Shown piece after piece: positions 38,701 to 47,606 of a stretch of 64,000 bases of DNA. The position numbers were made by a program, and so were the translations under genes. Source of the stretch: Negaprion brevirostris (Eukaryota). Location: the NCBI GenBank assembly GCA_030324005.1, contig JARDVH010000097.1, forward strand, positions 53,626,075-53,690,074, read 5' to 3'. The stretch's first letter is position 1. Each line of letters begins with the position of its first letter. The notes beneath the pieces are model-generated. The model saw only the letters and a list, made by a program, of their open reading frames with translations. It was not told where the DNA came from and did no database searches.

Positions 38701-41700
38701 TATAGATGAGCTTTCAATTTGTTGGCTGTCAAGTGAATTTTGGAAGCTGACCATCTGATGTTGACCTCAGTCCAAAATAGTATTGTTTATTGAGAGGGCC
38801 TGCAGGATAATAATGAAGGTTAACAGTCCAGACCCATATTTTTTGACATCTTGCATTTTTCAGTCTTGTTTACAAAAGGTAATGTTGGTGATGCTCCAGG
38901 CTAGCCTATGTTCATTCCAACTCAACAATTAAGTTTTTAAATGCAATGCAGTTTGTCACCTCCAGCTCAATGCANNNNNNNNNNNNNNNNNNNNNNNNNN
39001 NNNNTGTGACTCATTATTTCAAAGGTCATCAGATTTACACCTGCAGGTGAAAGTTGAACACATTACAGCACGAGAAGAAAAAACATGGAACCAGAATGTA
39101 TATTATCTCAATTTACCATCTCTTTACCCAAAAAGCAATCTTGCCACAAAATACTCCATTTAATATCTTCTCCACTGCAGACCATGGCTTTCTTGAAGAC
39201 AGCATGTGGCATTGCAAATGTGGAGTGGGCAAAGGCTGTGACAACAGACCAATGGGATTCTGTAGCATAATAGAAATTGCTTTTTTGACCAGGCACATGA
39301 GCCACTTCCAACATCTTTTCTAATCCCATCTGCTTCTCAATTAAATTACTCTTAGTACTTATTGATTACAAATTAAATTCAATTTATATGGTGTCTAGAA
39401 GTAGATGTTCAACCTTAAGGCTTGACCATGCAATTTAAACACCGTAATGACCACATCTTGGGTTGTAAATATAAAACATACAGTAATATGATGCAATTGT
39501 AGCAAATATTTACTGAGCATGCTGACGATCCCTAAACTAGTTTAACACTGATCCTGGCAATCAGAGTTCATTCAGGCCAAGTCCAATTTCAGCTTTGAAA
39601 AGTTTATTTTAGAACTTGCATTGATGAGGCTATTGTGGTGTTGACTGTTAGTGAACAAAACACAAAATTACCTTCTGTTCAAGTCAAAAGTCTAGTTGCA
39701 ATACAGTAACCTGAAAAAATTGGCATTATCTGTTTAAAACATCATACAGCCAGTCACATGTAACTTTCCCGACCAAATTTACTTTGGAATGGTTGGTCTC
39801 TGAAGTAGAGATCAGAGGCATGACTGGTTGCAAATACAATGCATCTCAAAGATGTTTACAACTAGCAAGCACCCAACATAACTGTCACCAATTCTTCCTT
39901 TGGTAAATTTCAAAAAAGTCCTTATTGATGGAAATATTTTTAAAATATAATTCCTAAACAGGCAATGCCTGGTTAATAAAACTCATGTTTCACTGATTCC
40001 TTTATACGCTGAAATCTTATCATTGAAAATAATTTTCACCATATCCATGAAGCGCACACATTTAAGGTGAGATGACACCAGATAATGCCTGAAATGTGAA
40101 TCAGGCACCATTGCAGTTTGGCATTTGCAAACAAAGTCCCATTTAATGCATGAATTTATGTATCATCACAGTCAGATTCCAAGATCTTGGCCATTCTGGT
40201 ATAAGCTGCAAGCGATCCACAATAAGAATCTGTTTAGTCAACAGAAAGCTTTTATTTTGAATTCATTCTTGGGATGAGGGCACTGCAGGCTAGACCAGCA
40301 TCTGTTGCCTATGAATAATTGCCCTCAAGAAAGTGGAAGTGAGCCACCTTCTTAAACCATTGCAATCCATGTGGTCTAGGTACACCCACAGTGCTGTTAG
40401 AAAGGGGAATGCCAATTTCAGCAATTGTTTACTGTCCTTTCATCTCCAAGATTGCTGGAACTATAGAAGTTCAAGATTACATCAGTCAGCACCAGTCTAT
40501 GAAGAGTCAAACGGGAGAAGAAATCCAAGCGCATGTAGAGCAGGAATATGTATGTGTCCAAAAAGATGGGCTGTCTCATACCTCCTGCACCAAGAGGATT
40601 GTGTTTATTCAGAAGAGGCTGACAATATTCTTCTCAATTAATAAAAGCAGAAATGTTGTTCATTAACATTAAAATTAAGGTAGCAAATTATTTGTTAATA
40701 TATTGAAGAATATTTTATTTAAGGTTTTACATTAAGAAATTGCCACGTGGTTTACCTTTTGAGTTGGATCCTAGTCCAATGATATACTGAAGGAACTACT
40801 GTACTATTTATACAGGTTATTTTCTTAGCGACATGATCAAAAAACAGGAATATCACAAGTATCTATTCCATGAATTAGAATTAACTGAAAATGTAAGTGA
40901 AATTTGCACATAAGCTATAGGCACCATAGAATAGCGATGGGTAAAATTAACTTTAGGGAATTGATCAAATGCTTTCATTTTCAACACTAAACCAGGAATG
41001 AAAGTTGGATCACTTAAGGAAAAAAACTAATGTCAAGATCATTAAGCCATTGCCAGGTAAAAAAAAGGCCACCGGTGTAAATTCATATCACCAGGACCAG
41101 AAATATCACATCAGTGAAGGAGTTTGCAACAGCACAAGCACTAGTTGCAGCACCCAACTTGGATCAGCAACCTTTGCTTAAAAATCAAGAACACTTACAA
41201 ACACAGATCAACAAAACTGAATACTTGTGGGTCAAGGTATCATAATGAAATTATAAAGATCAGCACATTCAGAGTTTGCCAAATGTGCTTAGTGCAACGA
41301 AGAAACTGACTGAACCTAAGGTCAATTCGCTCAACTGTTTGAGATTAGTTCTAGTGCTGGATTTGCACTACAAGTGTTTACTGGTGAAAATCTGTTGGAT
41401 TGAAGCACCATTAATGGCAGCTTGCTCCAAGAATCAATCAAGAATGCTTGATCTTGATCAAAACCACTGCTTCAAAAGCTACAAATTCCAAATTTATGAC
41501 AGCTACCACTCCAAATTTACTCAATCATAAATGCTTCAATGAAAGCAAAGACTTTTGTTAAGAAAGAAAAATCTCAAGTGAGTGCAAATAAAAATGGTAG
41601 CTAAAATGTCCAATTTTGCACAACCTATGGAACAAATTCCAATTGAACTGGAATAAGTGAATCTGAAAAATTCTGAAGGAGTGGCGCATTATTAAAAGTA

Positions 41701-43226
41701 CACTTCCTTCTAGCCTGGATTCCATATGCTTCAAGTTAGCCAGGAGGCAAATATTGCAGGAGGCAAATATTGCAGGAAATGTATGTCAAAACTGACCTCA
41801 GCAGGATTTTGAAGGGGAGGGTTCTGTATTTTGCTTATTTTTAGTATGTCAAAAGAATGACTATCTAGAATGCTCAGAACCTGAAACAAAACCCATGTGA
41901 AAATATGTTAAAAGCTGAATATCAGTTCAGTCCATGCTGTGACTTTTCAAATCCATCGAATGTCATCCTTCTTAAAATATATACAAATCCTCATCGCCCC
42001 ATAAGCATTCAGTTTTGTGATAAATTTGCTCTTGAAAGAAAATCAATGAAACGCTATAATGAAAACTTCGTAGTCTGTGAAAGAAATAAGACAAAAGAAC
42101 GTATTTCATTTTCTTTATTAACATTTTTTTCAAAGAACCAGTTAAACAGTGTACCACCATTGAGAGCACGTTAAATAAACGCATTAGCTAATTTAAATAA
42201 TAAACTTAAATTCGCTCCGGCCCAGTTACAAAGTCAAACCCCCAACTATATTATTGTTTATATTCAATTAATCGCAATTTACGTTAGGAATATATTCAAA
42301 CTAAGAGGTAAGCAAGAAAATGTGAGCTATTTAACGACGAATAGAACGGATCGCAAAAGATTTAAAGTGGGGCAGCAATTTGCATTAGTCTCTCCGAGGA
42401 CTATATAATTTAAACTACATAAGTGTAAGTGAAGACTAGAAATAACCTGCCTTAAACACGCGAGGCTTAAGAGGGTTAGTAAACTAAGTGATTAGAACAC
42501 CCAACATGGCGTCTCTTGTGGTCTGGGTGTGGGTGCAGTTTTTCTCGCACAATGTCGAATCTCAACTGCAACAAGCCGCTGGGCAGTGAGGGGAGGGAGG
42601 ACGGAGTAGCTCCGGGGCGGGGATTCAGAAACCTCACTACGCCGCAAACAACACGCCTGGGCTTCGCTCCACACCTAAAATCTAAAAACGGCCCTCGGCT
42701 AACATCTCTGAGGGAGATTTAGTTAAAAAAACCTTTAAAAAAATTACAGCGGTCAGGCTTTTTATATCATAACAGGATATCAGGGAAGTGGCCAACGTGC
42801 TGGTCGGCCGGCGCCTGATCGGTTGGGAGGAAGCTCGGCCTTTGTGCGCCAGCCCCGGGCCACGCCGCCATCTTGATTTAACATTATAACACCGACACAG
42901 AGGGTGTGGAGCAGAAGGGGGGGGGGGGGGTGGATAAGAGACTTGGCGGATCACTGAGCCGACCATCAAACAAAGACTTGATATTTTAAAAAAACTTCGA
43001 ATTCTTTTCAATTTCTTTTAAAAAAATAAAACAAAAAAAAACTGATTTTAAAAACCTTGGTAATTTGTGCTTCGATTAACTTGACGATTTCCGGCGAGTA
43101 CTTCAGGTTCTCTTCAGCCAGGATGGTTAGATTGTTGATGTGGGGTTTGCTGTTGAAAGTCAAGTCTTCGAGCGACGACTGGTACTCTTTACAGGCATCC
43201 GCCTTTGCCGTGTCTTCCGCCATCAT
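2558..43226 (-). CDS. PCF11: PCF11, pre-mRNA cleavage complex II subunit; full spliced CDS of 16 exons (43056-43226, 36649-36774, 33376-33564, 32954-33151, 25518-26704, 23927-24110, 19111-19990, 14708-16431, 14095-14197, 11936-12052, 11706-11826, 8400-8583, 7084-7239, 4676-4768, 3030-3065, 2558-2767), 5679 nt, ~1892 aa
   Basis: Diagnostic peptides: YQSSLEDLTFNSKPHIN (CID), KLPVMYLMDSIVKNVG, F(D/E)GP repeat array, LYTGIQCYSCGMRF..DHLDWH, DWIEFEEIADLEERAKSQFFEK, CEICQE.FEQYWDE..EEWHLKNA, YHP.CYEDY. Every intron is GT-AG, and the exon phases chain into one open frame ending in TAG. Confidence 0.97.
3030..3065 (-). CDS. PCF11: PCF11 exon 15 (36-nt micro-exon, HxxC half of second zinc finger)
   Basis: ttttag|TYHPACYEDYKN|gtgagt. 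Confidence 0.93.
4676..4768 (-). CDS. PCF11: PCF11 exon 14 (second zinc finger, CxxC half)
   Basis: ggcag|VCEICQEAFEQYWDEDEEEWHLKNAVRVDNR|gtaagt; 93 nt; absent from the ORF track. Confidence 0.96.
7084..7239 (-). CDS. PCF11: PCF11 exon 13
   Basis: ctcag|DWIEFEEIADLEERAKSQFFEKVHEEVVQRTQEAAKEKEFQSVPAGPAGVHE|gtagat; 156 nt. Confidence 0.97.
8400..8583 (-). CDS. PCF11: PCF11 exon 12 (C2H2-type zinc finger, start of Clp1-binding region)
   Basis: aacag|RYDGVISRLYTGIQCYSCGMRFTASQTDVYADHLDWHYRMNR...RKWYYSLT|gtaagt; 184 nt. Confidence 0.97.
8845..9018 (+). mobile_element. V-SINE 3' part with 'taataaataaacttc' tail
   Basis: gctccagtttcctcccagtctgaaagatgtgctggttag... matches copies at 27.1, 32.1, 51.2 and 53.0 kb. 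Confidence 0.75.
9461..10531 (+). mobile_element. CR1 LINE, 5'-truncated
   Basis: FINDLEEG..SKFADDTKIGGVV, ERVQRRFTRMLPGL, RGDLIEVYK; tail ggcctgtactgtgctgtaatgttctatgctcta; stops and frameshifts. Confidence 0.92.
11706..11826 (-). CDS. PCF11: PCF11 exon 11 (acidic stretch)
   Basis: tttag|..SEMFPEGDPQAQNIIEDDEEEENEESIPDLTGFQIDELK|gtaagt; 121 nt. Confidence 0.92.
11936..12052 (-). CDS. PCF11: PCF11 exon 10
   Basis: tacag|..SSFAPLDNHLGQLDVNELFSKLLSTGILKPNPVESVPT|gtaagt; 117 nt. Confidence 0.94.
13140..13640 (-). mobile_element. L2-like LINE remnant (with a Penelope-like fragment just to its left)
   Basis: Degenerate SCHCTETCFHKTVN resembles the L2 RT motif HSTETAL.KV.ND; highly decayed, boundaries approximate. 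Confidence 0.45.
13686..14040 (+). mobile_element. HE1-type V-SINE (tRNA head, V-domain, CR1-like tail)
   Basis: gcacagtggcacaatgattagcattgcc...ctccccgtgtctgcatgggtttcctc...aatggcctc...ggattcta. Confidence 0.85.
14095..14197 (-). CDS. PCF11: PCF11 exon 9
   Basis: cctag|VNAMTGFSQNQTPFSQGQQYIPPQSSVPVTQIQQ, then G|gtatgt; 103 nt; phase 0 to 1 fits both neighbours. Confidence 0.88.
14708..16431 (-). CDS. PCF11: PCF11 exon 8 (F(D/E)GP repeat array)
   Basis: ttttcag|(D)IKREEPRS... ~30 xF(D/E/N)(G/S)P units ...IRQLQS|gtaagt; 1724 nt. Confidence 0.93.
17100..18210 (+). mobile_element. CR1 LINE remnant
   Basis: AVPQGSALRPQLFAIYVND...SKFTDYTEVG...LQRDLEKL; CR1-type 3' end gatcagccatgatcatattgaat. 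Confidence 0.88.
19111..19990 (-). CDS. PCF11: PCF11 exon 7, long form (possible alternative in-phase donor at 19804)
   Basis: tgtag|ANQRLAAAEISYDEFLVVAHQINQLFQYQE...LLSEAELSYLEHMSKLKRTRVQ...GPRDGQ, then G|gtaaat; open for 880 nt; phase 1 matches the exon 8 acceptor. The 5' part is secure; the choice of donor is inferred. Confidence 0.82.
21576..21916 (+). mobile_element. Poly(A)-tailed retroposon containing U2 snRNA-derived segments, flanked by a 19-bp TSD
   Basis: TSD aaaaacacttgcattatgt at 21576-21594 and 21898-21916; AATAAA plus an A-run before the right TSD; U2-like blocks at 21595-21617 and 21686-21709; 100-N internal gap. Confidence 0.75.
21940..23155 (+). mobile_element. Fragmented CR1 LINE, interrupted by a minus-strand LINE/SINE tail (~22140-22445) and by the 22535-22970 duplicated segment
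   Basis: EAEDKVEILDEYFA.. at ~21980, degenerate SQHGF..TNL..FFDE motif at ~22460-22534, CR1 tail gatgggctgaatggtttccttctgtgcta at ~23120. Confidence 0.65.
22535..22970 (+). repeat. Copy A of a ~420-bp direct duplication (copy B at 27852-28266)
   Basis: Colinear match from agccctttccctagagaacattac to aaaacaagaat, with scattered substitutions and small indels. Confidence 0.95.
23927..24110 (-). CDS. PCF11: PCF11 exon 6
   Basis: tgtag|...KGILSPRTPRQQRMSVDANLQIPKELTSASKRDLLKK|gtaagt; 184 nt, restores phase 0. Confidence 0.93.
25518..26704 (-). CDS. PCF11: PCF11 exon 5 (K/R/S-rich charged region, RDPR motifs, RS stretch)
   Basis: tttcag|IASLASQ...NRDPRINR...KRDPRLRK...RSRSPRSRSP...AKRWKSGWEEAK|gtaagt; 1187 nt, ends phase 2. 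Confidence 0.93.
26997..27253 (+). mobile_element. V-SINE with an internal micro-inversion in its tRNA head
   Basis: Head start ttagcactgatgtctcac, inverted block 27023-27058, then V-domain and taataaactttaaac tail. Confidence 0.75.
27852..28266 (+). repeat. Copy B of the ~420-bp direct duplication
   Basis: Same sequence as 22535-22970. Confidence 0.95.
28790..29810 (+). mobile_element. Decayed CR1/L2-group LINE 3' portion
   Basis: Degenerate RT-region sequence ending caccttaagggcaattaaggatgggtaataaatg; the reverse complement of this tail recurs at ~22170, ~40290 and ~45040. Confidence 0.65.
30375..30680 (+). mobile_element. HE1-type V-SINE, diverged
   Basis: tagcactgcatcctcatagcgccagg...ttcctcccacagtccaaa...gggccaaatggccaccttctg. 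Confidence 0.78.
31602..31722. repeat. Palindrome formed from two head-to-head Penelope-like terminal fragments
   Basis: gtctcacaacactaggttaaaatccaacaggtttatttggtagcac pairs with gtactaccaaataaacctctggactttaacctggtgttatgagac. Confidence 0.8.
31899..31988. repeat. 90-nt hairpin / mini inverted-repeat element with 33-bp arms
   Basis: 31899-31931 is the reverse complement of 31956-31988 at 31 of 33 positions; TA at both ends. Confidence 0.9.
32045..32330 (-). mobile_element. V-SINE, near full length, 'taataaataaacttt' tail type
   Basis: Reverse complement reads tggcacagtgattagcactgctgcctcacggcatcagggtcctgggttcaattccc, then V-domain and tail. Confidence 0.88.
32954..33151 (-). CDS. PCF11: PCF11 exon 4 (Q/L-rich coiled coil)
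   Basis: gtag|LEEPTTSS...QEQFIRQQLLAKQKQLLELQQKKLELELEQTKAQL|gtaagt; 198 nt. Confidence 0.94.
33376..33564 (-). CDS. PCF11: PCF11 exon 3 (end of CID)
   Basis: ttag|VDESTRKSLFKLRSTWDE...PAWPIKPLPPNVNSSSIHVNPKFLNRS|gtaagt; 189 nt. Confidence 0.96.
34150..34470 (+). mobile_element. Ancient tRNA-derived SINE resembling LF-SINE
   Basis: gaactggatggtgtgatagg...gagttcaaatccagtccag (A/B-box-like), then cctgtgaagttggggcagtctca and gttgaggca blocks in LF-SINE order (comparison from memory). Confidence 0.5.
34743..35030 (+). mobile_element. HE1-type V-SINE
   Basis: tggtggcacagtggttagcactgctgcc...gggtttcctcc...gaatggcctccttctgcactgtaggattctatggatctatg. Confidence 0.9.
36649..36774 (-). CDS. PCF11: PCF11 exon 2 (CID, DSI motif)
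   Basis: ctgcag|APASEKLPVMYLMDSIVKNVGGSYISLFAQNLSPIFSSVFEK|gtatct; 126 nt; absent from the ORF track. Confidence 0.96.
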
Positions 43227-43850
43227 TGCTTTTTAATTTTAAACCTGCGTTCGCTGACAGCTCTTAACTAGCGAAAGGACGGTATTTTCCCCCGATTACA
43301 AGTATTTACGCTCTAAATTTACACATGGTGTAGAAATCCTTCCTCAAAAAACAACAGGAGACAACGCTAAACTGCCCTCAACAGCTCAACACTTCTGTCC
43401 TCTCTCCTCTCCTGATACAAAATGGCGGCCGCAGCGGGTTAAACTATTCATGAGCCGTCACAATGGAGGGTGATCATATCCGAGAACCCCCATTGGCTGC
43501 CATCCTGACCAGCACAATCCTGCCTCGCGTCCCATTTGTTGCCTCAGCGGCGTTCAGCGCGAGCATTGTGACGATTCACAAAGTACGACAGCTGATTGGG
43601 TGTCGCCTGTTGTCCTTCAGCTTGCCGCCGTATTCCTCGCTCGTTGATTGGCCGTCTGGCGCATGGTGGGTGGAGCGCACGCTGATGAGATGGAGCGCTG
43701 CCGTTGACGTCATGGGCCACGTGGATTCCCGGCAAGGCCGGATGTGGACAGGACATGTGACAGGCCCCGATGTTCACACGGTGGCTGCTGGAGGCGGGGT
43801 GGTGAGAGGGATGTTGTTTGTTGCTCACACGGTTATGGAAGACATTTTGT
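42480..43850. promoter_or_regulatory. CpG island / PCF11 promoter and 5' UTR
   Basis: Clear CpG enrichment against the rest of the window. YY1 motifs at 43418-43429 (CAAAATGGCGGC) and 42864-42875 (GCCGCCATCTTG); minus-strand CCAAT boxes at 43492, 43595 and 43647; palindromic CRE TGACGTCA at 43705-43712; E-box CACGTG at 43718-43723. Confidence 0.8.
43056..43226 (-). CDS. PCF11: PCF11 coding exon 1 (start of CTD-interacting domain)
   Basis: MMAEDTAKADACKEYQSSLEDLTFNSKPHINNLTILAEENLKYSPEIVKLIEAQITK; donor AAG|gttttt; 171 nt, phase 0. Confidence 0.95.
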
Positions 43851-45024
43851 AATCTCACTCGATGTGTTTCAACACCGTATAGATTAGATTTCATAAAAAA
43901 AAGACTTTTATCATCACGTCATACGATATTTTAAATTTTATTTTAAAGATCTATTTTCCCTTTTCCTTCCCTGTTTTTATTGAAAATGCCCCCAAAGGAA
44001 GCTATTGATGTAATACAAGCATAACAACCATTACTGGAAATTCCCAGATGACACGATGTGAGTTTACTGGATAAAATACAGTCACCATTAATGACGTACC
44101 CAGTATTTTTCCTGCTTCATACTTTAAAATATAAACATTGATGGCATATTTTGAAATTTCTTAACTTTACCATGGAAGATATTGGAAACGTATTTACATT
44201 TAATATTTGTATTTAAAACAGGATATTATCATAATTGTTTTTTTAACAAAAAGTTGTGCTTAAAAATACAAACATAGCATCTCACAACACCTGAGTTTAC
44301 TTACATTGTTGGGATGTTTTCCATGGTACAAGCATATTATAAATGAAATTTGTTCCATTGTGAGGCATCTGGTGCCACTGAGTTTCCTGCAGATGATCAG
44401 ATTTGCAGTAAAATGCCACCGGATATATATACTTCGTTGAATGTTTTTAAGGCAAGGGTAGATAAATTTTTGAACAGTAAAGGAATTAAAGGTTATGGTG
44501 AGCGGGTGGGTAAGTGGAGCTGAGTCCACAAAAAGACTCAAAGGGCCTATCCTGTTCCTAGTTCTTATATGTAACCTATTAATAAGTGATAGGGAAGAAA
44601 GAAGGTACTTTGATGGTTATCAGGAACAACATTAAGGCATAATACTTGAAAACAGGACCACAACGTTCAGGTAAAACTGCAAAATCAATGAATGATGGAC
44701 AGGCCATGGTGTTTGCATGACTGAAAACCATCTTACCTGCCGGGTTCTGCTCTCTAACGCCAACCTTCCAGGAAGGACAAATTCAAAGATATTCAGAAAC
44801 TCTCCTTTAAGTGCAGCAGCTTTGGCATAATGCCTGGGAGGACCACCAAGTACCAATCACTCAGAACGGAGACAACTTGATCATGAAACTGCATCATGCT
44901 TTAATACCCAACACCTTATTGATGAGGCTGAGTAATAGGGAAAGAAAGATGAGTAATCCAGTTTAGATCACAAGGAGATACTATTGTCACACCTCTTGTA
45001 AGTATTAATTGGGGAGTGTGACCC

Positions 45025-45395
45025 TCACATGGGCATCACTGGCTGGCCAGCATTTAATGCTCTTCCCTAGTTACCTTTGAAACTGAGTGGCTTGCTGGGC
45101 CATTTTAGAGGGCAGTTGAAAGTCAATCACATTGCTGTGGCTCTGGAGTTACACATAGGCTAGACCAGCTAAGGACAGCAGATTTATTTCCCTAAAGGAC
45201 ATTAGTAAACCAACTGGGTTTTTCCAAAAAATCAATAATGTTTTCATGGTCAGCAGTAGATTCTTAATTCCAGATATTTTGTATTGAATTCAAGTTCCAC
45301 CATCTGCCGTAGACAGATTTGAACCCAAGTCCCCAGAACATTAGCTGAGTTTCTGGATTAATAGTCCAGCGATAATACTACTAGGCCATCACTTT
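45025..45395 (-). mobile_element. tRNA-derived SINE sharing the 28.8-29.8 kb LINE tail
   Basis: Reverse complement begins gtgatggcctagtagtattatcgctggactattaatccag...gggttcaaatct (A/B boxes) and ends in the ...aaatgctggccagcc tail. Confidence 0.7.
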
Positions 45396-45439
45396 CCCTA
45401 ACATGAAGACTCATCTTGGGATAGCAAAACACAGGAGAC

Positions 45440-46900
45440 AATTCAGCACATCAAGTCTGCTGACTTTTTCAAAGAACAAACTGTTCATCCCACTATATTT
45501 GCTCATTCCCCTTTCCCATAACCCTACAATTTATTCCTCCTGCCAAGTATTTATTTAGTTACCTTTTGAATACTACTATCGATTTCACGTCCACCATACT
45601 ATCAGCCAATGCATTGCAAATTTTAATCACCCATTGTGTAAAAGTTTTTTCTCATGTTCCTCTTCTTCTGCAAGTCATTTTAAATCAGTGTCCTTGGTTA
45701 CTGACCAGACATTCAAAAATTTCTCCTCATTTACTCTATACGAATCCTGAAAAATTTAAAACACCTCTATCAAACTCTTGTTTTAGATTTTTCTGTTCTA
45801 AGGACAACATCCAGTTTCTCCAGTCTACCAATGTAACTTCAATCTCTTGTCCTTTGAACCAGAATAGTAGATCTCTTCTGTACCCTCTCCAAACCCTTCA
45901 CATCTTTCCTAAAATATGGTTCCTAAAATATGGTTGCTAGAATTGCGCACAATATGTGAAGTATTTGACCACTTGAGCTTGCTCAACCATTCAATAAGAT
46001 CATGGTTGAACTTTATATCAACCGTGTTGTGTGTTCCTGTCCATTTTTCTTGATTCCCCCAATGCTGAAAAATCGATATCAGTCTTGAATATACCCATCA
46101 ACTAAGCATCCACAACTCCTTGCAGTCGATATTTATAAAGATCACACTGTTCAGTAAAGACATTTCTCACCTTAGTCCTAAATAACCAAGACCTTACCCT
46201 GAGACTGATTGCTGGCTCAAGGAAAACTTCCACTTAGCAATTAACTTGTTTTTCCTCTGAGAATTTTACATGCTTCAATGGCACGACCTCTAATTCTTCT
46301 AAACTTTGGAAAATATAGGGACATATTGCTCAATCTCTGCCCACAGGACAGCTCTCTCATTCTGTGAGCCAATCCAGTTAATCCTATTGCAACCAGTTTG
46401 AGCCAAGTGTATCCTTCTTTTGATAAGGAAATCAAAAGTGGGCACAGCACTTCAGATGTGATCACACCAAAGTCCATGTATAATTGCAGCTAGGCTTCCT
46501 TAATATTACATTCTAATCTTGCAACAAAGGCTAATATGCTGTCTGTTTTTTCTCATTGTTCTATCTGTATTTTGATTTCCTATGATTTGTATAAAGACCC
46601 AAAATCCCTCCGACTCAGCATTTATTGATCTCTCAGTTTTTTAGTAGTATTCTGCTTTTCCATTTTTCCTACTAGAATGGATGGTTTCACATTTTCCCTT
46701 TTTAGAATCAATCTAGCACCTTGCTAGCTGGGGTCAAGTTAATGTTTAGCATAAATTCCACATTTTTGTACTCTCGTGCCTCTACAGTATTTATAAAGCC
46801 CAGGATCCCATGTATTTTACAAATTGCTTTGTTACCCTGTCCTGCCATCTTCAACGATTCCTGCACAAACACCACAGCGCTCTTCGTTTCTGCACTTTTT
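45440..46900 (-). mobile_element. Cluster of decayed CR1 3' fragments
   Basis: Minus-strand translation RRIRGRAIEACKILRG resembles CR1 RRLRGDLIEVYKI; CR1-type tails at ~45450 and ~45990. Confidence 0.6.
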
Positions 46901-47606
46901 TAAATGCCACTAAACCCAAGAAAATTCACAGTGGACTAAATTGTAACCTATAGTTAAAAAAGGAATATGTTACGTTTAATTGGTAAATTGCTGATGCAAA
47001 CAACTTCAGTGCAGCGTATGCATACAATGGGAGTTGTTTTAACTTCTTGTGGAAACAAAATTGGGAGAGGTGGACTAACAGGCAGTTGGTCCAATATTGG
47101 CTCATTTCCACTACTGCCAAAATTTAAAATTATTCCCTTTCATCTTTGCTGGTTATTTTAATATTTTTAAGCTTTTGTTTAGAACTGGGACAAACAATGT
47201 AACGTCAAACCAGTTATTAAAATAAGCTGACAGTCAAATAAAACTAACGTTTGTGAGATTCCCACAAATCAGGTTACATGTCATAAAATCACAAGTTGGA
47301 TAAACATTAGGCAACCCCAGATATGACAGCTATTTGTAAGATGGTTCATTGTGAATCAGTTTTCTGAATCTCTTCCACTTTATTTATTATGTTATGTACC
47401 ATTATAAGGTCATCTTTCATTCATTTTCTTCTAAGATTACGTTTTGTTTTCAATCTTGCCTCAATTCAGTTCTTTGTCACGAAAAATCAGTGTCTTGGCT
47501 GACCCCTGATTGCCCACAGGGCTTGATGTTTGTCTTGCCTTTAAGTGACTCAGACAGTGCCACCAACTTCATCCATCAGCATAAGTCAAGTTCAGTAGGT
47601 TTGTAC

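Noticed and set aside
41741-41777. 16-bp tandem duplication caggaggcaaatattg x2 (similar cctaaaatatggtt x2 at ~45908)
   Set aside because: Ordinary slippage duplications; there are no spacers or further units, so this is not an array.
43463-43894. 129-aa and 116-aa ORFs upstream of PCF11 as a divergent gene
   Set aside because: They show no recognisable homology; open frames are expected in a GC-rich CpG island.
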